Both the position numbers and the translations under genes were made by a program. A DNA stretch of 60,395 nt, the filler included, from Squatina squatina (Eukaryota): NCBI GenBank assembly GCA_031763465.1. It is 3 parts of 3 records of this genome, joined end to end, with 100 filler letters (N's around TTAATTAATTAA, not from the genome) between each part and the next. Parts side by side here need not be neighbours in the genome. Positions count along the whole stretch, not along the records: positions 1 to 28,469 come from JARFOE010000219.1; 2 more parts are not named here. One strand, 5' to 3'. The notes beneath the pieces are model-generated. The model was not told where the DNA came from, did no database searches, and saw nothing but the letters and a program-made list of their open reading frames with translations. Below are positions 10,448 through 24,460 of the stretch, piece by piece; positions within the stretch are counted from its first letter, which is position 1; the number at the start of each line of letters is the position of its first letter.

Positions 10448-12256
10448 TGGATGAACCAGTGGTTAATTTCCTGTCTGTCATTGTTCGCAAAGTGTTTTGG
10501 GATGTCATGAGGAAGTGGAGGACACTAGTGTATGGTTCAACCAAGCCTTTGACAAATGCCTCAGAAACATAAATTGCAATTCAAAACCTCGCTATTGATT
10601 CTAATCTCCTGGTAGATTAACTAATAACTTTTAAGAAACAACAGAATATTATTTAAATAGCCCCAACATAAACACCATTACCCAGTTAAAAGCCCCATTG
10701 ACCAATTCAGTACGTTGTGCTTCAGATTCTTTTAAGATTACTATCTTGTTTTGGCACATTTCAATTTGTTCACATTGTGAATTGATAGAATTTATTGAAT
10801 TTATATTCTCAAGATAATATAATTCACTTGCCTTTTAAAATAAAATAATTTTATCTGAAGTACGGCCAGTTCCTGATGAATGCAAACTTAATCGGCATGG
10901 AAATGATCTGCTGGATCAGGGTTTCTCTTAATTACTGAATTAAAATATCCAATTTGCAGGTTCCCCATCTCACAGCCCATTTAATCGTTTATAAGGCAAC
11001 TCAATCAAAACAAAAGCATATCAAGTGTGAAAATGAGCAGTTAAAACTCTACATCTAGTTCTCAAAAAAGATTGACTCTACTGGGTTGGATATTGCAATG
11101 GATAATTTTTCNNNNNNNNNNNNNNNNNNNNNNNNNNNNNNNNNNNNNNNNNNNNNNNNNNNNNNNNNNNNNNNNNNNNNNNNNNNNNNNNNNNNNNNNN
11201 NNNNNNNNNNNCCTGTGAAGCGCCTTTCACTACATTAAAGGTGCTCTATAAATACAAGTTGTTGTTGCTGCTCACAACTGTGGACAGGACCAACGTTAAA
11301 CTTGTCGTGAATCTTCTGACCACACAAATCTGAGGTAAATGACCCTTCAAGAATTAACATCAGCACTTTGATTGCAGCCTCTTACTTCCGATTACCCTTC
11401 CATTACGTCTGTCAGTCTAAATAGTGGGCTATTGATATTATGTAAAACAGCAAGTTGCAATCATTCTCTTTGAATAAACCTTCAGAGATCTGGCTCTTTC
11501 CAGAAGCTNNNNNNNNNNCTGGTATATGTGAGGGAAACTCTCCTCCTCCTCCCCGCTGCCTACTGCATCATTAATTGCGTGAGCCCAGTTAATTTTCCCT
11601 CCTGCTCCCGCACTGTTAATGCTAATAGGATGGAGAAGAGACTGGGTCTGTTTATCATGAATCAATCTACAAAAAACTTCTCTGTTCCACGTCAGGCTGT
11701 AGGAGTGTTCAGCGAGAAGGACCCACATGCCTAATTTTAACTCTCTCCCCCTGACCTCCAGGGCATCGTGGGAGGAACATTGGGCTGGCGTACAGTTGGC
11801 ATTCATCTTGCAAATGACTGCACAAGGGATTGCGTTCAGTGTCAGTGAAAGCTACAGATTGTGTGGAAGGGGGAGGGAAGAGAGAGGAGACGGAGAGGAA
11901 GGGCTGGAGGCAGAACACTGATCTTAGCCANNNNNNNNNNNNNNNNNNNNNNNNNNNNNNNNNNNNNNNNNNNNNNNNNNNNNNNNNNNNNNNNNNNNNN
12001 NNNNNNNNNNNNNNNNNNNNNNNNNNNNNNGCGTGGAGATCTTTCCGGTCAGGGGCCTTCGCACTCAGGAAGCCTCCGACCGGAATTTTCAGGCTATTAT
12101 GTACAAAGTTATAACTCTAAAATTGACCTGCTTCTCAGTGTTCCCTCCTGAAATACAACATGTCCCTTCAAGATATTAGTCATTTACTTGCAATAATTTC
12201 TCCCTAAGCTCATCACTAACCTGAACTCTAAACCTGAATCCAACTCGAGGTCGATG

Positions 12257-12475
12257 CAACAACAGCTTCCATTTATATAGAGCCTATAATGTAGTAAAAC
12301 ATCCCAAGATGCTTCACAGGAGTGTTATCAGACAAAAACTGTCACTGAGCCAAAGAAGGAGCTATTAGGACAGGTTATTTTATGAGGGTCTTAAAGGATG
12401 AGAGAGGCAAAGAACTTTAGGGAGGGAATTCCAGAGTTTAGGGCCGAGGCACCCAAAAGCATGACCACCAATGCT
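12257..12475 (-). mobile_element. L2 LINE 3' end
   Basis: Reverse complement of the L2 3' end at 26578-26780 (ctctggaattccctccctaa...tcctgtgaagc...tatataaatg..gctgttgttg). Confidence 0.7.
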
Positions 12476-13004
12476 TTTCTGCTCTGAACTGCATTCATAT
12501 CATGTTGTTTGTTTACTGTTAAACAGGACTGAGACTGGCGTTAAACAACACGTTGGCTCATTTTCGAAGTAGCAGGGAGCACAGTGGGAGAAAGCAACAT
12601 AATTAAAGAGCAACATAAAAGCTTCACCCTGAGTGTGAACCTTGTGCTGAATCCACCATTCGAGTCACGGTGAGCAATGAATCTGTTCAGTGAAAACTCC
12701 ACGTGTTTACTGCTATTTATAAATCCTCACTTCTCACTCAGCAGGGCTGCCTTTTTATACTGATTAAACTTCCTTAAAAAATGAACCAAATAAATTAACA
12801 ATGCAGGAGAACATAGTTGAACACAATGAAGATATAACGAAAGGAAAGAACTTGAGACTGCACAGCACCTGTCACATTCTCAGAACATCCCATATATTAC
12901 CACTNNNNNNNNNNNNNNNNNNNNNNNNNNNNNNNNNNNNNNNNNNNNNNNNNNNNNNNNNNNNNNNNNNNNNNNNNNNNNNNNNNNNNNNNNNNNNNNN
13001 NNNN

Positions 13005-13510
13005 CACTTCACCATTAGTGATGGCTCCCATGGCCGAATAGCCCGATTTTTGCACTTTTCAAGAGGTCATCCAAAATCACCAAAACTCATAAAAATGGCC
13101 ATTCCAAGTCGCGCACAATGATTTAAATGCTTTTTATGGTCTCTAGACGAGGAGTTATGCATCAAAAAAGGTGAGGAATGATGCACAATGATTTTGCGCC
13201 CTAATAGAAATGTAAGCATGAGTGTCACCGCCCCAAAAAACCAGGTGCTGTCACCGCTCGTTTAGTGCCCAAAGAATTGAGTCCAATTCTTTGTCGGGCG
13301 GCCATTTTGGGTATTGCGCCCTCTGATGACGTCACGGAGGCCGATTTGCGCCTAGCGCCACGCTTCCAGCACTCCTCAGTTAGTGCCCAATTAGCACCGG
13401 CGCTAAACTGAGGCCAATTGCGCAAATTTTAATTTACCACCAAAAACAGGCCCCTAACGCCCGTTCTACACCCATTTAGCGCTAGCACTGGAGTGCCAAT
13501 TGGCCACCCC
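13005..13510. mobile_element. GC-rich DNA-transposon remnant (PIF/Harbinger-derived, non-autonomous)
   Basis: Recurrent 'agcgcc/ggcgct', 'tgacgtca' and 'aaaatggc' motifs shared with 24845-25218 and 52620-52955; family assignment is inference. Confidence 0.45.
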
Positions 13511-14259
13511 AGAAGTTTTAACTGCCTTTGCCGTCCTGTGCAAATTGCCATGGGCAGATGTCAGGCCATTCTTTGGAAGATTGACAATTCCAAGCCTTCC
13601 AGGCTACATCTCAGAAGAATAGTTCAGCATTCAAAGACAGTCGGCTTCTAAATCTCCATTTTACTTTTCAAAGTAGACCTAACTAGCAATAGATCAATCT
13701 CCAGCCTGCAGCATAAGTCAATAGTCATTATCTTTCAACATTAATGCGTCTCTCTCCTTCCTTCTCTGTCCACAGCCCTATTTCTCCTAGAACTCATAGA
13801 TTGTGTTGATCAACGTGAAGATGGATTTGAAGAGCAAACTAAAATCGGGAGTCCAGAGAGAAGTTCTTTGCTCTGGAGGAATACAGTGATTGACGTGACG
13901 GCATAAGGTGTGCGGCAGCGATGAAAATCCTAACTGCAGACCATCAAATGCAGCTGATGAATTTCAGATGAGCACTCCGCGCACTTCTACTGGCAGATTT
14001 GTGATTGATCAACTATAATGCATCCTCATCTCAGGCTGACTACATTTGCACAGCCGCTGAATGGGCACACTGTCTCCTTAAACTTTCCAAGTCATTAATC
14101 TTAATGCGAGAGTCTACACGTCAGATGTGTAATGCATTTCCAGGAATCTATTAGCTCCNNNNNNNNNNNNNNNNNNNNNNNNNNNNNNNNNNNNNNNNNN
14201 NNNNNNNNNNNNNNNNNNNNNNNNNNNNNNNNNNNNNNNNNNNNNNNNNNNNNNNNNNT

Positions 14260-14425
14260 ATAAAAACAGAAAATGCTTGAAATGTTCAGGTCAGGCAGCA
14301 TCTGTGGAGAGAGGAACATGTTGCTTGCTCTCTCCACAGATGCTGCATGATCTGCTGTGAGCATTTCCAGCAATTTTCTGTGACTATTTCAGATTTCTAG
14401 CATCCGCAGTTTTTTTGCTTTTGTT
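14260..14425. mobile_element. Palindromic Penelope-terminal-repeat-derived element
   Basis: Inverted repeat aaaacagaaaatgcttgaaatg..caggtcaggcagcatctgtggagagag / ctctctccacagatgctgcatgatctgc..catttccagcaattttctg; resembles recalled shark Penelope termini. Confidence 0.6.
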
Positions 14426-14975
14426 TCTGTGTGTTGTGAGGTCTTGAAATTAGACTGTGACATGTGGAGTAATGAGCAAGTGAGTTTCAATAATGCAAAG
14501 AGAAGAACATTACACTCCCTGTGCAGCATCATGCTTCTCTGCTCTCCAGAGCACCCCTGCATAATTCCAGTCAAGATCAAGTACTCTCAAGTCAGACATA
14601 ACATAGAATAGATACACGTTATCTTGTGGCCAATGTTCCTATTACCCCCCCACCCCTGCGCATGGCACCGCTCAGGCAGAGCGCATCTGATTTTCCATAC
14701 CTCCCAAGCCAAACCTTGGCAAATCCACGGACAGCATAAAGGAGGCGGAGACACAGTGTCGTGGGTCTTCGTCCCCATTTCCTCTCCTTTGCGCCTGGAA
14801 TTGAGCATTCCCCATGTGTACTGGAAAGGAGCTCTTGATCCAATAATGCATCTTAATATCAGTTTTGGAACAGCAAATCAGAGCGGTAGGAGCTATCGGC
14901 TTTGGCCGAGTTGTCTCATTTTGTAAGAGGTGCGACACTTTGCAAACTTTGGCCAAGTTGTCTAACTTTTTTTAG

Positions 14976-15840
<865 letters not shown>

Positions 15841-15940
15841 NNNNNNNNNNNNNNNNNNNNNNNNNNNNNNNNNNNNNNNNNNNNNNNNNNNNNNNNNNNN
15901 NNNNNNNNNNNNNNNNNNNNNNNNNNNNNNNNNNNNNNNN

Positions 15941-16318
15941 CAAAAGATAAGGAGCTGTTCCTTGAGCTTATATTGATCTTCATCAGAACAGAGTAAGAGG
16001 CCAAGGAGAGAGAGGCCAGAGTGGGAGTGGTGCGGAGAATTAAAGTGACAGGCAACCGGAAACTCGGTGTCAGGCTTACGGACTGAACAGAGGTGTTCCA
16101 TAAAGCGATCACCCAATCTGTGTTTCTCCTCCCCAGTGTAGAGGAGACTACACCTGAACCAGTGAAGACAGTATACTAAATGGAAAGAAGAACAAGTAAA
16201 TTGCTATTTCACCTGGAAGGACTGTTCGGGGCCCTGGACAGTGGGAAGTGAGGAGTTAAAAGGGCAGGTGTTGCACCTTTTATGCTTGCACGGGAAGGTG
16301 GCCTGGGAAGGGGAGGTG
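15941..16318 (-). mobile_element. Penelope-like retroelement, GIY-YIG endonuclease region (decayed)
   Basis: FPCKHKRCNTCP...FQVK*QFTC..LVYC...LLYTGE...LGDRFMEHLCSV...PVACHFNSPHHSH: the Penelope Cys/His cluster plus GIY-YIG signature. Confidence 0.88.
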
Positions 16319-18595
16319 GAGCGCCAATTGGACGGAGACAATTCCAGACTTTGAGTAGCACCGACAGCTCCCTTTCCAATAAGATTGCATGGATGGGCTG
16401 ACAACGATCTATCGCCAGCCTCTTGCTACATCTCAGGTACAATGTGGAAATGCAGGTTTGGGATGGTACCAGAAACTCTTCAAAATATAACTAAGGCTTT
16501 GGCCTGGAACTCCAGCTTGAAGCCACCAAGAAAGGCCAGAACACAAAGCTTTTTCATAGTTAATGGTACATTGGATTTGCCATTCTCAAGGCACATGACT
16601 TTTGTGTCCAAATTTCTAATGTCTGAATTAACATGTTTATTATAATGGTGACTGTTTTACAAACATATTTTGAGGTCTAACTGTATTTTCAGAACAGAGT
16701 ATTTAAATTATTTCATAAATTACATTTTCTGTCAGAGTTTAAAGATGAGAGGGGTAAAGGAAAGGAATGAAACTTGATTTGATATGTGTCAGATTGCCCT
16801 TGAATCATCACCTTTTTTTGTTCAGGTAGCTATACTTCATGTGGTATCCTTCACCTCATTTGCATTTCCATCTCACGATCGGTAACTTAACCCAGGGATC
16901 TGCAATTCCTGTGAAATCCTCTCAGTCTTTCTAGTTTGTTGATTTGAATCATTCTATTGGAAGCTGCCATCTTTTGCCATTGTGCATTGCACTGAAGACA
17001 GCCATTGAAGTTAGGCTCCGGCCTAATTCATTAACAGCTAACGTTTTGTATCTCTCGCAAACAATGGGTCTCCTTTTTTTAAAAAAAAGACAACACTGGG
17101 AAGGTTTAAATATGCACATATTCTATTTTAATCTCAAATTTATGCTACACGCCTTCATTTCGTGGACTGTTTGCCTGATGCCGCAGTGGATCGAGTCTCA
17201 GCCAATTACTAGTTTGAGCCGCGACACCGTTCAGCGGAACTGTCCATTTGATAGCAGTAAGGAGACATCATTGGGTAATAATGTTCAACTGGTAAAGGAA
17301 TTGACCACTGCCTTTTAATAAACAGCCACTACTTGATGCAGCAAGCATAAAACCTGGTGTTAAAAATATGCCTCTTTTAATGATTCCCTGATATGTTCTC
17401 TATTAAGCACATCTTAATAACATCTGGAATGTTTAAATTGGAGTTTAGCAAGTGTTTGATCATTATTTTCATCTCAAGCAGCATTGAGAAACAATTGATG
17501 TTAATACTGCAGGTGCACATCACACTGTTTTCACAGAGTGTGAAGTGATTTACCTGTATATTCTTCACTGACTTTACAGAGCTACTCAAGCTGGTAGCAT
17601 GTGTTTATTTATCCTGTGCTTCTTCATNNNNNNNNNNNNNNNNNNNNNNNNNNNNNNNNNNNNNNNNNNNNNNNNNNNNNNNNNNNNNNNNNNNNNNNNN
17701 NNNNNNNNNNNNNNNNNNNNNNNNNNNCTGCAAGCTGTTGTTGTTGTTGTTGGTACCAGAGGAAGCTCTGACACGCCTGAGATTAAAACCTTTGGCTTTC
17801 AGCTTCTTGAGCAACGCTCCAGCCTGAAGCACCAATGAAGCTAATCCCAGAAGTGCCTTAGGGAATTGCAATCCACAAACAAATGAAACTTTATTGCTGT
17901 TTTACTTCTTATGTTTTGCACATTTAGGAGATAAAAATAAAAAGCCTCTACTTACTACACTTGGCAGTCATGTAGAAAAACATTTCCTTAACAGTGAGAG
18001 TTTAGATAAAGATTGAAACCTGGTTCAGAGAGGAGGAATTTCAGAATAATGGATGACCCTAATATTATGCATGCTGTTCTGTTTGGTGAGAAGTAAGGCG
18101 AGAGGGAAAGGCAATTAAGTCAAACAAAGAGAAATTGTATGTGTTCCTGAAATACATCTGGTGATAAAGTGGTCCAATGGGTAATACGCAGCAAATCTAA
18201 TTACTTAGCCTGATATAAAAAGCCACAGAGCACATGTTAAATCAGTAGGAGCCTTGAACATGGTGTCGTGAGAGTATTTTGAATTTACAAAGACTTATAT
18301 TCCCATGGAAGATCTATACTTTGTCAAATGTGCATATAGTTGGAAAGAGGAGTGTGTAGGTCTGAGGCAGACACACATAAAAACGAATGAAAATGACAGG
18401 AAGGGGAAAAAAACAGCTGGTCCATCAAGCCTTCCTCACACTCATGGCAAGAGCATCAAGACTCGACACTCAGCAGCCATGTAATCCCTGGGAGAGACAA
18501 AAAAAATCCAGAGCCAAAGAAAGAAAAAATATCTAGAAAATTCCCCTCCAACCCCCTCAGGCTATCAAAACCAATCCAAGAGACCACATGGACCC

Positions 18596-18730
18596 TCTTC
18601 TTCTTAGGCAGTCCCTCGGGGTCGAGGATGACTTGCTTCCACTTCGGAGTTGTGGGCTCTGAGATGACCAAATAGTGCAATACAAGATCTGAAAACTCGA
18701 CCGCAGGTGGTGTTTGATGGGGCGAGTGGG
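18596..18730 (-). mobile_element. RTE-clade LINE 3' end
   Basis: TCGRVFRSCIALFGHLRAH (RTE C-terminal Cys/His motif), then 'cgagggactgcctaagaagaaga' tail. Confidence 0.8.
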
Positions 18731-20487
18731 NNNNNNNNNNNNNNNNNNNNNNNNNNNNNNNNNNNNNNNNNNNNNNNNNNNNNNNNNNNNNNNNNNNNNN
18801 NNNNNNNNNNNNNNNNNNNNNNNNNNNNNNCCTCCAACCACCTCACGCTACACTCCTGCCATTGGTCACCCAGCATTGGTGCATCCTCGCTGAGATCTGC
18901 CTTCCCACGCCAATTGGAAAGCAAATAGACTCTTCATTTACCGATTAGATGACTCTTGGCTGTCAGTCAAACATCCCTTTTTTCCTCATGTACAATATTT
19001 TTATAATTCATAAACGAAAGTTTTCAAAGAAAATTTTCAAAAAACGCAATATTTTATCGCCCTTATGATTTTCCTCCTGGGTTGCACACAACAGTGTCCT
19101 GAAGATTGATCTTTAATTCCTGGGGATTCCAGGGCAATCCTAGAAGTTTGCCAACACTAGGCCGAATGCATGCGCAGATTGGGCACAGGCCATCCCACTG
19201 CCAAATTGGTATATTTTGTGTCCATTTTGCACCCAACAAACAGACCCAACGCAGACCAATTTCTACCCCAAAGTATTCTCCTTAAACGTTCCTGCATGGA
19301 CAGAATTGAATGCAATACTTTCCACAGCAGTAGTCATTAGGAAAATAAGTATTAATGGGATGACACTGTAATTATTAAATTCGGTATGGGAGTGGATGAG
19401 ATCCTTGCACTTGATTAAGACAATTAGGGAAATTTGCTCAATTACCTAATGAAGCAACTGACACATTCTATTATTAATTGAACTGTGGCTGTGTGCAAGT
19501 CTAATGTCTTAGTTAGATAGGCCATATGTGGTTATACTGTAGAAAGCTGAACTGTGATTGAACTGTGTTACAGGATTTTATGCAATGATTTATTTAGTAC
19601 AGAGATGATTGTAATTAAGCTTGCGGAGCATCAGAAGGAAAGGACTGCAAGTATCCACTGCTATCAACTTAGATGTGGTACCAGAGAAAAGGCATGACTT
19701 AACTGGAATGAGTTCACTCCTAATTTGTAATGATCTACTCGTTAGTATTACTTCTGTTAATCTGTTAGCGGAATACATTCGACTATCAGTCACTGCTCTG
19801 TCTGATTGTTCAATTGGTAAATTATTCCACACAGTGTTAACCTGAGCCATACAGGCTAGAAAGAGTCCAGGTTCAATCCATCAGTCTATGCTGATCTCAG
19901 CCAAGTTGAAGAAATACAGTAGGCCTCAGAGCCAGCTTCCATCTTCCACCCTCTGTAAACTTCAACTCATCTAAAACTCTACTGCCCGTATCCTAACTCA
20001 TACCAAGTCCCATTCACCAATTACTTATGTGCCNNNNNNNNNNNNNNNNNNNNNNNNNNNNNNNNNNNNNNNNNNNNNNNNNNNNNNNNNNNNNNNNNNN
20101 NNNNNNNNNNNNNNNNNNNNNNNNNNNNNNNNNTTACATTTCCTCTCTGTGCTTATTGCTTGTTATGGCGCACACTCCATCATCTAAAGGAGCCTGTCAC
20201 CCAGCTGGACTACAAATTATCCTGACAAACACAGACAGCAGGAAAAAAAGAGAAAAAAAAACACAGACAGCAGGTTAAATTCTTTGGTCCTCACCATCCT
20301 GCAGTGAGCCCAGAAGGTGTAGCTGCCGATATAGTCCTCCGCATTGTATTGCTCATCGTGACATCACCGTGACAGGAATCACTCGGCCATCTGAGTCCTG
20401 GCGGGAAGGTGCAATTATTATCATATTTTAAGCTCCCTCTGCACTGCCCCATCATCTCAGGTATAGATACAGCATGAATCACGTTAC

Positions 20488-20975
20488 ATGAAATTTACAG
20501 CACACAAAAAGACCATTCAGCCCAGCTGCTCCATGTTTATGCTCCACATGAGCCTTCTCCCATCCCTCTTCATCTCACCCTATCAGCATAGCCTTCTATT
20601 CTGTTGTCCCTCAAGCACTTATTTGACTTCCGCTTAAATGCATCTATGCTCTTTGGCTCAAGCACTCCCTGTGGTAGCACGTTCCACATTCTAACCACTC
20701 TCTGGGTAAAAGACGTTTCTCCAGAATTCCCCATCGGGTTTATTATTCACTATCTTATATTTATGGCCCCTAGATTTGGTCTGCCCCACAAGCGCAAACA
20801 ACTCCTCTACATCTCCCCTTCATAATCTTAAAGACCCCTATCAGATCACCTCAGCCTTATCTTTTCCAGAGGAAAACGCCGCAGCCTGTTCAGTCTTCCC
20901 TGATTGTGATAACCTCTCAGATGTGGGAACATCTTTGCAAACCTTTTTTTCACCTTGTCCAGTGCCTCTCCAAAG
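20488..20975 (-). mobile_element. CR1 LINE 3' portion
   Basis: Minus-strand 'acccagagagtggttagaatgtggaac' (TQRVVRMWN) and 3' UTR 'gggctgaatgg...gtgctgtaaatttcatg'. Confidence 0.85.
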
Positions 20976-21178
20976 CCATCTATCCCTGGTATGCCCAAAT
21001 TATGGCCACAGGCCCTCTGTGACCCACAAGTCTTGGCCACCTGGCCAATGAGGTCTGAGTAAATCAGTTTATATCTGCATTTATATTTCCTCCTTTGATG
21101 GGTTCACTTGTTTGAGACTGATGGACCTGCTGGTCTCTTCACAGCATTCTTCCCTCATTGATGCAAAATTCTATATCC

Positions 21179-21197
21179 CGCCAAGAGGTGGCAGCAC
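21179..21197 (+). promoter_or_regulatory. CTCF-like motif
   Basis: cgCCAAGAGGTGGCAGca resembles the CTCF core consensus CC(A/G)(C/G)(C/T)AG(A/G)(G/T)GGC(A/G)(C/G); motif match only. Confidence 0.35.
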
Positions 21198-21749
21198 TGT
21201 GAAAAGCCCCTTCCAAGCAGCGAGCCCTGAAATTTAAACAGGCAAGCTGAGCCAGACAAGGACTAAAAGTATCCATAAATGGGAGAGAGTGGTAGCAGTA
21301 CCACTGGCAGACCGTGGGAGTGTTGGACACCGTGGAGAGTTAAAGGATTAACAGTCGAACACCTTCGTAACATGGAGTGATAGCTCTGCAGATATAAACA
21401 GGATGGCTTTGTAGTGTCATGAGAGAAAAGCACAGCTTGTCTTTTGATATGTAAAGTGCTTGTGCAAAGAAACACATGACAGCAATAACGTCAGCTATGA
21501 ATGATTAAAATGTAACTTCAGGGGCTAGGGTAATAAACATGGGTAGGCTGTCTTCATTAGCTTTAGGATGAAAAGATAAAGATTGGTAGAGCTTTTTCAT
21601 CAAAGATGTTTGTAATAGGTAGATCAGGAAGTCTTATTTAGGAGAAGCTNNNNNNNNNNNNNNNNNNNNNNNNNNNNNNNNNNNNNNNNNNNNNNNNNNN
21701 NNNNNNNNNNNNNNNNNNNNNNNNNNNNNNNNNNNNNNNNNNNNNNNNN

Positions 21750-21925
21750 AACTAAGTCCAGAACCGCCCTCTCTCTTGTTGGGCTTGCTACATATTGGCT
21801 AAAAAGGTTCTTCTGAATGCATTTTAAGAAATCTGCTTCCTCTATACCTCTCACACTAATTCTATCCCAGTTAACATTAGGGTAGTTGAAATCCCCTACA
21901 ATTACTGCCCTATTGTTTTTGCATC
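21750..21925 (-). mobile_element. CR1 LINE endonuclease C-terminal fragment
   Basis: CKNNRAVIVGDFNYPNVNW...FLKCIQ...QYVASPTRERAVLDLV. Confidence 0.88.
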
Positions 21926-22479
21926 CCTTTCCCATCCCTTTAACTGAACAAGATAAAATTATGTTAAATATCAGCCAATACAATTGCGTACTGTATCAGT
22001 TTTAGAACAGTTGACACTGCATTTAATTCTGTACTAATGAATCACTAGCTTTCAGTGCAGAATTAAGTGGTCCAGGTCCCTAACTGCCGGAGTTGTTGCT
22101 CCATTGGACACAAGAGGTACATATGTACACCTGCAAATCTAGTATAGGAGAACAGTTTAGTAAAAAACTTACATAGCTCCATTTAAAGAAGCACTGCACT
22201 AAATCTGTACTCAGATGCAGAAATTGACTTTAGATGAATATGTATTTGATGCATCACACAATTCCAATCCAAGATTCTGTTTTGTTGTACAGTATTTAAT
22301 CACTAGTGAATGGGGCAAATTACTTGGTGCAGCACAATATCCTGCAACAAATCCCATGCTTTACACGCGTAACACAATTNNNNNNNNNNNNNNNNNNNNN
22401 NNNNNNNNNNNNNNNNNNNNNNNNNNNNNNNNNNNNNNNNNNNNNNNNNNNNNNNNNNNNNNNNNNNNNNNNNNNNNNN

Positions 22480-23865
22480 AGTGAGAGGTTCTACCTATTT
22501 AGAATAATACCAGAAGTGAGAGGTTCTACCTATTTAGAATAATACCAGAAGTGAGAAGTTCTACCTATTTAGAATAATACTTGAAGTGAGAAGTTCTACC
22601 TATTTAGAATAATACCAGAAGTGAGAGGTTCTACCTATTCAGAATAATACCAGAAGTGAGAGGTTCTACCTATTTAGAATAATACCAGAAGTGAGATGTT
22701 CTACCTATTTAGAATAATACCAGAAGTGAGAGGTTCCAGCTATTTAGAATAATACCAGAAGTGAGAGGTTCTTCCTATTTAGAATAATACCACAAGTGAG
22801 AGGTTCTACCTATTTAGAATAATACCAGAAGTGAGAGGTTCTACCTAGTTAGAATAATACCAGAAGTGAGAGATTCTACCTATTTGGACAAATACCAGAA
22901 GAGAGAAGTTCTACTTATTTAGAATAATACCAGAAGTGGGAAGTTCTACCTATTTAGAATAATACCAGAAGTGAGAGATTCTACCTATTTAGAAAAATAC
23001 CAGAAGTGCGAGGTCCTACCTATTTTGAATAATACCAGAAGTGAGAGGTTCTACCTATTTAGAATAATACCAAAAGTGAGAGGTTCTACCTATTTATAAT
23101 AATACCAGATGTGAGAGGTTCTATCAATTTAGTATGATACCAGAAATGAGAGTTTCTACCTATTTCAACTCATACCAGAAGTGAGAGGTTCCACCTATTT
23201 AGAATAACACCAGAATTGAGAGATTCTACCTATTTAGAATAATACCAGAAGTGAGAGGTTCCGCCTATTTAGAATAATACCAGAAGTGAGAGGTTCTACC
23301 CATTTAGAATAATACCAGAAGTGAGAGTTTCTACCTATTGAGAATAATACCAGAAGTGAGAGATTCTACCTATTTAGAATCATACCAGAAGTGCGAGGTT
23401 CTACCTAATTAGAATAATACCAGGTGTGAGAGGTTCTACCAATTTAGAATGATACCAGAAATGAGAGTGTCTACCTATTTCAACTAATACCAGAAGTGAG
23501 AGATTCCACCTATTTAGAATAATACCAGAAGTGAGAGTTTCTACCTATTTAGAATGATACCAGAAGTGTGAGGTCCTACCTATTTGGAATGATACCAGAA
23601 CTGAGAGGTTCTACCTATTTAGAATAATAACAGAAGTGAGAGGTTCTCCCTATTTAGAATAATGCCAGAAGTGAGAAGTTCTACCTATTTCGAATAATAC
23701 CAGAAGTGAGAGGTTCTACCTATTTAAAATAATACCAGAAGTGATAAGTTCTACCTGTTTAGAATAATACCAGATGTGAGAGGGTCTACCTATTTAGAAT
23801 AATACCAGAAGTGAGAGGTTCTACCTATTTAGAATAATACCAGAAGTGAGAGGTTCTACCTATTT
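22480..23865. repeat. 35-bp minisatellite, about 39.6 units (GTGAGAGGTTCTACCTATTTAGAATAATACCAGAA)
   Basis: Unit starts at 22481+35k with no phase shift; the array fills the whole contig between two gaps, so its true length is unknown. Confidence 0.98.
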
Positions 23866-24152
23866 NNNNNNNNNNNNNNNNNNNNNNNNNNNNNNNNNNN
23901 NNNNNNNNNNNNNNNNNNNNNNNNNNNNNNNNNNNNNNNNNNNNNNNNNNNNNNNNNNNNNNNNNGCCCCAGTCCCGCCTCCGACCGGAAGTGGGAGTGC
24001 CCGACTTTGGGCTCCACTTCCTCTGGGGGGCAGTAACCCGAATTTAGCTCACGGGGTGGGGCTTCCGTGCCGGGCACAGGAAGTCCCACGTCGCCAAGGT
24101 TACCGCCGCCAAATGGGGTGATTTGCAATTTTGCCTGCTTATGTCATATAAT

Positions 24153-24377
24153 GTCAGCTGTGGCCCAGTGGGTAGCACATTCCCCTCTGAGTCAGAAGAT
24201 TGTGGGTTCAAGTCCCACTCCAGGGGCTTGAGCACAAAATAATCTAGGCTGATACTCCAGTGCAGTTTCCCACATTACAACAGTAACTACACTCCAAAAG
24301 TACTTAATTGGCTATAAAGTGCTTTGAGATGTCCAGTGGTCAGTAAAGGCGCTACAGAAATGCAAGTCTTTATTTTT
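24153..24377 (+). mobile_element. Deu-domain SINE family member with internal deletion (head joined to tail)
   Basis: Head 'gtcagctgtggcccagtgggtagcac...gggttcaagtcccactcca...gctgatactccagtgcag' runs directly into tail 'tttcccacattacaacagtaactacact...aaaggcgctacagaaatgcaagtcttt'. Confidence 0.8.
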
Positions 24378-24460
24378 ATGTTATAATGCACTCCAGTTTG
24401 TGTTACTGATGTAAATTCTGCTCGTTTTCTTGTCTGAACTTGTGATAATTCTGTTTTTAG

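Noticed and set aside
22480-23865. CRISPR array (35-bp repeats)
   Set aside because: Units are head to tail with no unique spacers, there are no cas genes, and the context is vertebrate.
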